Below are positions 46,274 through 51,047 of a DNA stretch of 51,047 bases, piece after piece. A program made the position numbers and the translations under genes. The notes beneath the pieces are model-generated. The model was not told where the DNA came from, ran no database searches, and saw only the letters and a program-made list of their open reading frames with translations. This stretch comes from Clostridium sp. GTDB lineage: Bacteria; Bacillota; Clostridia; Lachnospirales; Lachnospiraceae. Location of the stretch: assembly GCA_016302185.1 (NCBI GenBank), contig JAEDOC010000001.1, forward strand, positions 1-51,047. Reading direction: 5' to 3'. Position 1 is the stretch's first letter, and the number at the start of each line of letters is the position of its first letter.

Positions 46274-46985
46274 ATTGAAAATGAGCCTTCGGGGAATGGA
46301 CATGCCTGTTTTTGCAGTGATTATGCCAATAGTGGTACTTATCATTTTAGGTGTGGTGTTTGGACATAAGCCTGCCTTTGAGGGGGCAGAGTATACCTTT
46401 TTGGATCAGTCTTTTGGTGCATTGTGCAGTATAGCAATCTGTGCGGGCGGAGTGATGGGGCTGCCATTGGTGATTTCTGATTATCGCTCGAAGCAGATTT
46501 TGAAAAGATATCATGTCACACCGGTAAAGCCGGGGCTTGTTTTGATGGCAGAGGTAGCAATGTATGTAATTTACGCGCTGGTATCTCTGCTCAGCCTGTT
46601 CCTTGTGGCCGCCGGTTTCTTTGGCTTTCAAATGCGTGGAAGCTTTGGATGGTTTTTCCTCGGATATTTCCTGGTGATGATTTCAATGTTCAGTATCGGA
46701 ATGATGGTCGGAGGCACTGCAAAGGATTCTAAAATTGCCGGGGTGATTGCCAGTGCATTATACTTTCCCATGCTTATTTTTTCAGGGGCCACGCTTCCGT
46801 ATGAAGTAATGCCCGATGCCATGCAGAAAATAGTGAATGTTCTGCCGCTGACACAGGGAATAAAGATACTGAAAAATGCGGTGCTTGGGCTTCCGACGGA
46901 GAATGTAACCGGTGCAGTTCTCTTTCTGCTGCTGATTGCATTCTTCTGCAGTGTGATCGCTGTGAAATTCTTCCGGTGGGAGTAG
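46242..46985 (+). CDS. ABC-2 type exporter permease
   Basis: Six TMs, FSGATLPYEVMP...LPLTQG, C-terminal KFFRWE. Confidence 0.9.
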   Translation: MKAFRTLVKNELKMSLRGMDMPVFAVIMPIVVLIILGVVFGHKPAFEGAEYTFLDQSFGALCSIAICAGGVMGLPLVISDYRSKQILKRYHVTPVKPGLVLMAEVAMYVIYALVSLLSLFLVAAGFFGFQMRGSFGWFFLGYFLVMISMFSIGMMVGGTAKDSKIAGVIASALYFPMLIFSGATLPYEVMPDAMQKIVNVLPLTQGIKILKNAVLGLPTENVTGAVLFLLLIAFFCSVIAVKFFRWE

Positions 46986-47040
46986 GTTCTTTACAGGCGC
47001 CGGAGAAGCGGAAATTCTTTTATATTCAAACCAACGCAAA

Positions 47041-47062
47041 GGAGCGCCGGCTGCGGCGCTCC
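47041..47062. terminator. GC-rich hairpin between convergent operons
   Basis: GGAGCGCCG-gctg-CGGCGCTCC. Confidence 0.65.
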
Positions 47063-47081
47063 CAAATTCTCAATACGAGTT

Positions 47082-47855
47082 CTAATTTCCACACTCGATA
47101 CTGATCTCATTAAATTTCTGTAACAGATCCTCTACTCTGGTCTGTGCCTTTTCTTCGCCGCTCTGATCGATGATGGCGTGCCCCTGATGCATCATTAAGA
47201 GGCGGCTGCCATATTCGACGGCGTATCGGAGATTGTGGGTGACCATGATGGTGGTGAGGCCTTTTTCTTTTACGATTTTTCCGGTCAGCTCCATGATAAT
47301 CTCGGCAGTTTTGGGGTCAAGAGCTGCGGTGTGCTCGTCAAGAATCAGGAATTCAATGGGGGTCATGGTTGACATTAAAAGAGCCATGGCCTGGCGCTGT
47401 CCGCCGGAGAGAACGCCGACCTTGACCTCCAGCTTATCCTCCAGCCCAAGACCAAGAGTGGAGAGAAGCTCACGGTAGTAATCGATGCGCTGACGGTCGG
47501 TGCCTTTCTTTAGGTTGAATGGCTTTCCTTTGGTATCTGCCAGCGCCATGTTTTCCAGAATGGTCATATTGGGGCAGGTTCCCATGGCCGGATTCTGATA
47601 GACACGGCCGATGGTGCGCTGGCGCTTGAATTCCGGCATTTTCGTGATGTCCTTATTGTTGATGATGATGCGGCCGCTGTCCACCGGGATGCTTCCGCAG
47701 ATGATATTTAAAAGGGAGGTCTTGCCGGAACCATTGCTGCCCACGACGGAAACAAATTCTCCGTGGTTGATGGTCAGATTGAAGTCCTCGAACAGGCACA
47801 TCTCATTGACCGTTCCCTGATTATAATATTTTTCAATGTGTTTTAATTCCAGCAT
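47082..47855 (-). CDS. ABC importer ATPase (putative tryptophan transporter)
   Basis: GSNGSGKT, LSGGQRQ, LDEHTAALDP (family-typical). Confidence 0.92.
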   Translation of the reverse strand: MLELKHIEKYYNQGTVNEMCLFEDFNLTINHGEFVSVVGSNGSGKTSLLNIICGSIPVDSGRIIINNKDITKMPEFKRQRTIGRVYQNPAMGTCPNMTILENMALADTKGKPFNLKKGTDRQRIDYYRELLSTLGLGLEDKLEVKVGVLSGGQRQAMALLMSTMTPIEFLILDEHTAALDPKTAEIIMELTGKIVKEKGLTTIMVTHNLRYAVEYGSRLLMMHQGHAIIDQSGEEKAQTRVEDLLQKFNEISIECGN

Positions 47856-48731
47856 TTATCTCACCTTCTTTTTTCTGTTTTCACTGAGCACCAGGACGAC
47901 GAGGAAGAAAACGGCCGTGATAAGCTTTAGGTACAGTGTCTTTAAGCCCATGGCCATGGCGGCGGAAACGCAGGCCTTGTAGACGATGGTTCCCAGAATT
48001 ACAGCTGTGGTAGCCTTAATCTTACCGAACCGGGCAAATACCTTGGTTCCGATGATGACGCTGGCCAGTCCCATGACCATGGTTCCGGTACCGATGCTGA
48101 TCTCAAAAAAGCCTTTTTGCTGACAGTAGACGGAGCCGGAGAGGGCGGTCAGGCCGTTGGCCAGTGCCAGACCGATGATTTTTACACTTCCCTTGTCCTT
48201 AGCAAGCGAGGTAACCAGAGTTTCATTATCGCCTACGGCGCGGAGCAGATAACCGGACCGTGTCTGCAGATAAAGGTCCAGAACCACCTTTACCACCAGA
48301 ACGATGAGGAACAGGATAATCACCGTGGTGTAATCACTGACGGCTTCCGGAAGGCCGAAGATAAAATCATTTTCAAAAATGGTATCCTTGCTGAAAATCG
48401 GAAGGTTCGCCTTGTTTCCGGTGATGGCTAAATTAATGGAGTACAGACCGGTCATTACAATGATACCGGAGAGCAAATCCCGTACTTTTAATTTCACATG
48501 AATCAGTCCGGTGACCATGCCTGCCGCAGCGCCGATGGCAAAGGAGAGAAACAGGGTCAGAAACGGCGGAACCCCTGCCAGGATCAGTGTTGCAGTAACT
48601 GCAGCTCCCAGCGGAAAGGTGCTGTCCACGGACAGATCCGGGAAATCGAGAATGGAGTAGGTGATATAAACACCCAGAGCCATCAGTGCATAGATAAAAC
48701 CTTCATTTAATACGCCAATCAGGATAGACAT
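47856..48731 (-). CDS. ABC importer permease (putative tryptophan transporter)
   Basis: LDFPDLSVD, LRAVGDN, GLALANGL, GTGT...GLASVIIG. Confidence 0.92.
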   Translation of the reverse strand: MSILIGVLNEGFIYALMALGVYITYSILDFPDLSVDSTFPLGAAVTATLILAGVPPFLTLFLSFAIGAAAGMVTGLIHVKLKVRDLLSGIIVMTGLYSINLAITGNKANLPIFSKDTIFENDFIFGLPEAVSDYTTVIILFLIVLVVKVVLDLYLQTRSGYLLRAVGDNETLVTSLAKDKGSVKIIGLALANGLTALSGSVYCQQKGFFEISIGTGTMVMGLASVIIGTKVFARFGKIKATTAVILGTIVYKACVSAAMAMGLKTLYLKLITAVFFLVVLVLSENRKKKVR

Positions 48732-48788
48732 GGCAAACCTCCAATGTATTGCTTCTTAATTCCTGTGAATTCTATTCTATAGTATTCC

Positions 48789-49874
48789 TTACTGCTGGAC
48801 AGTGTCAAACATCTCCGCAGCTTCGGCAACCAGTGCTTCTGGAAGGGTAATTCCCAACTCCTCTGCAACCTTGGTATTTCCATAGAAAGCGCCGCCCTCA
48901 ACTACTTCAAAGTTCATGTCGCTGGCCTTTGCCTCACCCTTTAATATCTTAGCTGCCATGCGACCGGTCTGTTTTCCAAGTGTTACATAATCAAGACCAA
49001 CGGATGCCAGACAGCCAACCTTCACCTGCTCTACCTCGCTTCCGAACACCGGAATGCCCTTCTTGTTTGCGGCATCCAGAACGACCTGCAGAGCGCTGAC
49101 AACGGTATTGTCGGTTAAGTTGTTGATGCAGTCTACTTTTTCCACTAACTGATCGGCAGCCAGCGGAACATCAGCGGTGGTGGAAACGCCGCTCTCTACG
49201 ATCTCAAATCCGTAGTCGGCAGCGGCTGCCTTGTACTCTTCAATGGCAGATAAGGAGTTTACTTCACTGGTGCTGTACATGATACCGATCTTCTTTGCAT
49301 CCGGAAGAACCTCGCGGATCATTTCCAGCTGTGCGGTAACCGGAAGCTTGTCGCTGGTACCTGTCACCTCGCCAACCGGCTTGCCATCTGCGTCAGCCAG
49401 CTCTGCGGCGATGGGGTCGGTCACTGCGGTGAAAACAACCGGAACATTTTCTTTTCTTGCGGCACTGTAGGAGCTCTGAGCCATGGGAGTTGCGATGGCA
49501 CAGATTAAATCTGCTTTCTTTGCCAGGAAATTGGCTGCGATCTGACTGGACATGGCGCCGTCCGCATTGGCATTCTCATAGAGAACAGTTAAATTCTTTC
49601 CTTCCTCGATGCCCTCCTCGGCCAGGCCTGCCAGAAAGCCCTCGCGGCAGTTGTCCAGAGAACCGTGAACGGCGAACTGGCCGATGCCGACCGTGTAGGA
49701 ACCCTCTGCTGCTTCAGCGGCTGCCTCTGTGTCTTTGTCTGCTTCGGACTCAGCAACTGTTTCAGCGGCTGCGGTTGTTGCCTCAGTTGCCTTGGTTTCA
49801 GAGCTGGAGCATCCCATCAGGGTGATAGCTGCTGCTGCGGATAATACGATTGCTGCGATTGTGTTCTTTTTCAT
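48789..49874 (-). CDS. ABC substrate-binding lipoprotein (aromatic amino acid, likely Trp)
   Basis: Lipobox LMGC; HGSLD, IATP, AVTDP, TGTSD, TDNTV; ATG at 49874 after GGAGG. Confidence 0.92.
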   Translation of the reverse strand: MKKNTIAAIVLSAAAAITLMGCSSSETKATEATTAAAETVAESEADKDTEAAAEAAEGSYTVGIGQFAVHGSLDNCREGFLAGLAEEGIEEGKNLTVLYENANADGAMSSQIAANFLAKKADLICAIATPMAQSSYSAARKENVPVVFTAVTDPIAAELADADGKPVGEVTGTSDKLPVTAQLEMIREVLPDAKKIGIMYSTSEVNSLSAIEEYKAAAADYGFEIVESGVSTTADVPLAADQLVEKVDCINNLTDNTVVSALQVVLDAANKKGIPVFGSEVEQVKVGCLASVGLDYVTLGKQTGRMAAKILKGEAKASDMNFEVVEGGAFYGNTKVAEELGITLPEALVAEAAEMFDTVQQ

Positions 49875-49992
49875 AGTGTTTTCCTCCATTTACGATAAGA
49901 TTAATGTAAAAATTCTTCTGTCAGGAGAGGGAGAAGGCTTCCTTTTTGGTGATTTCCTTCCACCTGCCGGAGCAGGGAGTTATTTCGGAAAT

Positions 49993-50252
49993 AAAAAAAT
50001 CCCAGAAACAGATATTCTCTGTCTCTGGGACGAATCTTACAATCCGCGGTACCACCCATCTTGGCTAAAAGCCCACTTCATCATATACTAACATATATGC
50101 CGCCAGATAACGGTTGCGGTTTCCGTCAGCCCATACTGTAATTCAGGGCTGCCCTCAAAAGTCCATTCAGCTATCCACTCCATACCGTGCTTCCACCGTG
50201 ACACGGCTCTCTGTGATTTCGTCAGATAACGTACTCCTCTTTCTCAACAGTT
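49993..50252 (-). ncRNA. T-box riboswitch, Trp (UGG) specifier
   Basis: Minus strand: stem I with AGUA...AGAGA...GGUGGAA...GAA-UGG-A; AGUA and CCGUUA elements; T-box AAGAUGGGUGGUACCGCG (50045-50062); terminator UCCCAGAGACAGA/UCUGUUUCUGGGA plus U7. Confidence 0.93.
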
Positions 50253-50266
50253 TTAATTTTGTCCTT

Positions 50267-50295
50267 ATCCTAATACTTTTTATATATTTTGTCAA
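50267..50295 (-). promoter_or_regulatory. sigmaA promoter of the T-box leader
   Basis: Minus strand TTGACA-17 bp-TAGGAT. Confidence 0.75.
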
Positions 50296-50382
50296 TACTA
50301 TTTTTTGGGAAAATATGGTAGGATATCCATGTTAATATTATAAAATGCAGAACAGAGACATCATGTGAAAGGAAGATGGAAG

Positions 50383-50904
50383 ATGATGGAGAACAGAAAA
50401 TTACTGGTTGTTGTTGATATGCAGAAGGATTTTATCGACGGCTCTCTGGGAACTCCCGAGGCACAGGCGATTGTACCGGCGGTAAAGAAACGGATAGAGG
50501 AGTATGTGGCAGAAGGGCAGGATGTGGTCTTCACGCTGGATACGCATTATGAAAATTATTTGGAGACGCTGGAAGGAAAGAATCTGCCAGTATTTCACTG
50601 CCTGAAGGGAAGCGAGGGCTGGCAGCTGGCCGATGGGCTTCAGAATTATCCCGGAAAGAGATTTGAAAAACCAACCTTCGGGTGTGTGGAACTGGCCCGA
50701 TATGTACAGACCGTGGAGTACGATCGGATTGAACTTCTGGGACTCTGTACCGACATCTGCGTGATTGCCAATGCACTCCTGTTAAAATCAGTGCTTCCGG
50801 GCACTCCGATTGCGGTCAATGAGGCCTGCTGTGCAGGAGTAACTCCGGAAAGCCATGAGAATGCGCTGAGGGCCATGAAGATGTGCCAGGTGGAGATCGT
50901 TTAA
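50383..50904 (+). CDS. Isochorismatase-family cysteine hydrolase (nicotinamidase-like)
   Basis: VVDMQKDF, DTH, HC..G..G, EK..F, GLCTDICV catalytic motifs; start 50383 or 50386. Confidence 0.9.
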   Translation: MMENRKLLVVVDMQKDFIDGSLGTPEAQAIVPAVKKRIEEYVAEGQDVVFTLDTHYENYLETLEGKNLPVFHCLKGSEGWQLADGLQNYPGKRFEKPTFGCVELARYVQTVEYDRIELLGLCTDICVIANALLLKSVLPGTPIAVNEACCAGVTPESHENALRAMKMCQVEIV

Positions 50905-51047
50905 AGGTGTAGTGCAGGAAATGAGGGCGTCGCGCCAGCTAACGCCCGGCGTAGTGAGTCGGAGATATCTTCTGGAACCAGATGCCGGAGGGGAATTCAT
51001 TGCAGGAAATTCGGAAGTTCTTAGGCCGTGGCAGCAAAAAAGACCGG

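Noticed and set aside
50921..51047. Open frame from ATG 50921 running off the window end
   Set aside because: Only 42 codons, a weak RBS and no recognisable motif; it cannot be supported without downstream sequence.

Overview
A mostly core-chromosomal window from a Firmicute, by gene content most likely a gut Lachnospiraceae (inference). From left to right it carries: the 3' end of dnaK, dnaJ, a membrane-anchored L,D-transpeptidase with a Pro/Thr repeat tail, rpsO (S15-type leader), pnp, a four-gene ABC-2 exporter that includes a zinc-ribbon membrane protein, mgtE-gltX, a UvrD/PcrA-like helicase, a cobO-like adenosyltransferase, DUF1292, addBA, a DUF3298-type lipoprotein, a cupin, sbcDC with a small metallophosphoesterase, and a peptide/nickel ABC operon. 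From about 37.9 kb the region is more accessory: an AT-rich RofA-like (RALP) regulator with a small lipoprotein, a sirtuin with degenerate NAD-binding motifs, a TlpA-like lipoprotein, an AbgB-like amidohydrolase broken by an internal deletion and frameshift, an AT-rich TetR/MarR cassette abutting a 5'-truncated MerR gene, a second ABC-2 exporter, a Trp T-box-controlled ABC importer on the minus strand, and a nicotinamidase-like hydrolase. No rRNA, tRNA, CRISPR array, transposase or integrase was seen. No clearly new multi-gene system is demonstrated. The best leads are the non-canonical sirtuin, the RALP islet with a candidate operator, and the zinc-ribbon ABC exporter. All family calls come from motif recognition by eye, not database searches.
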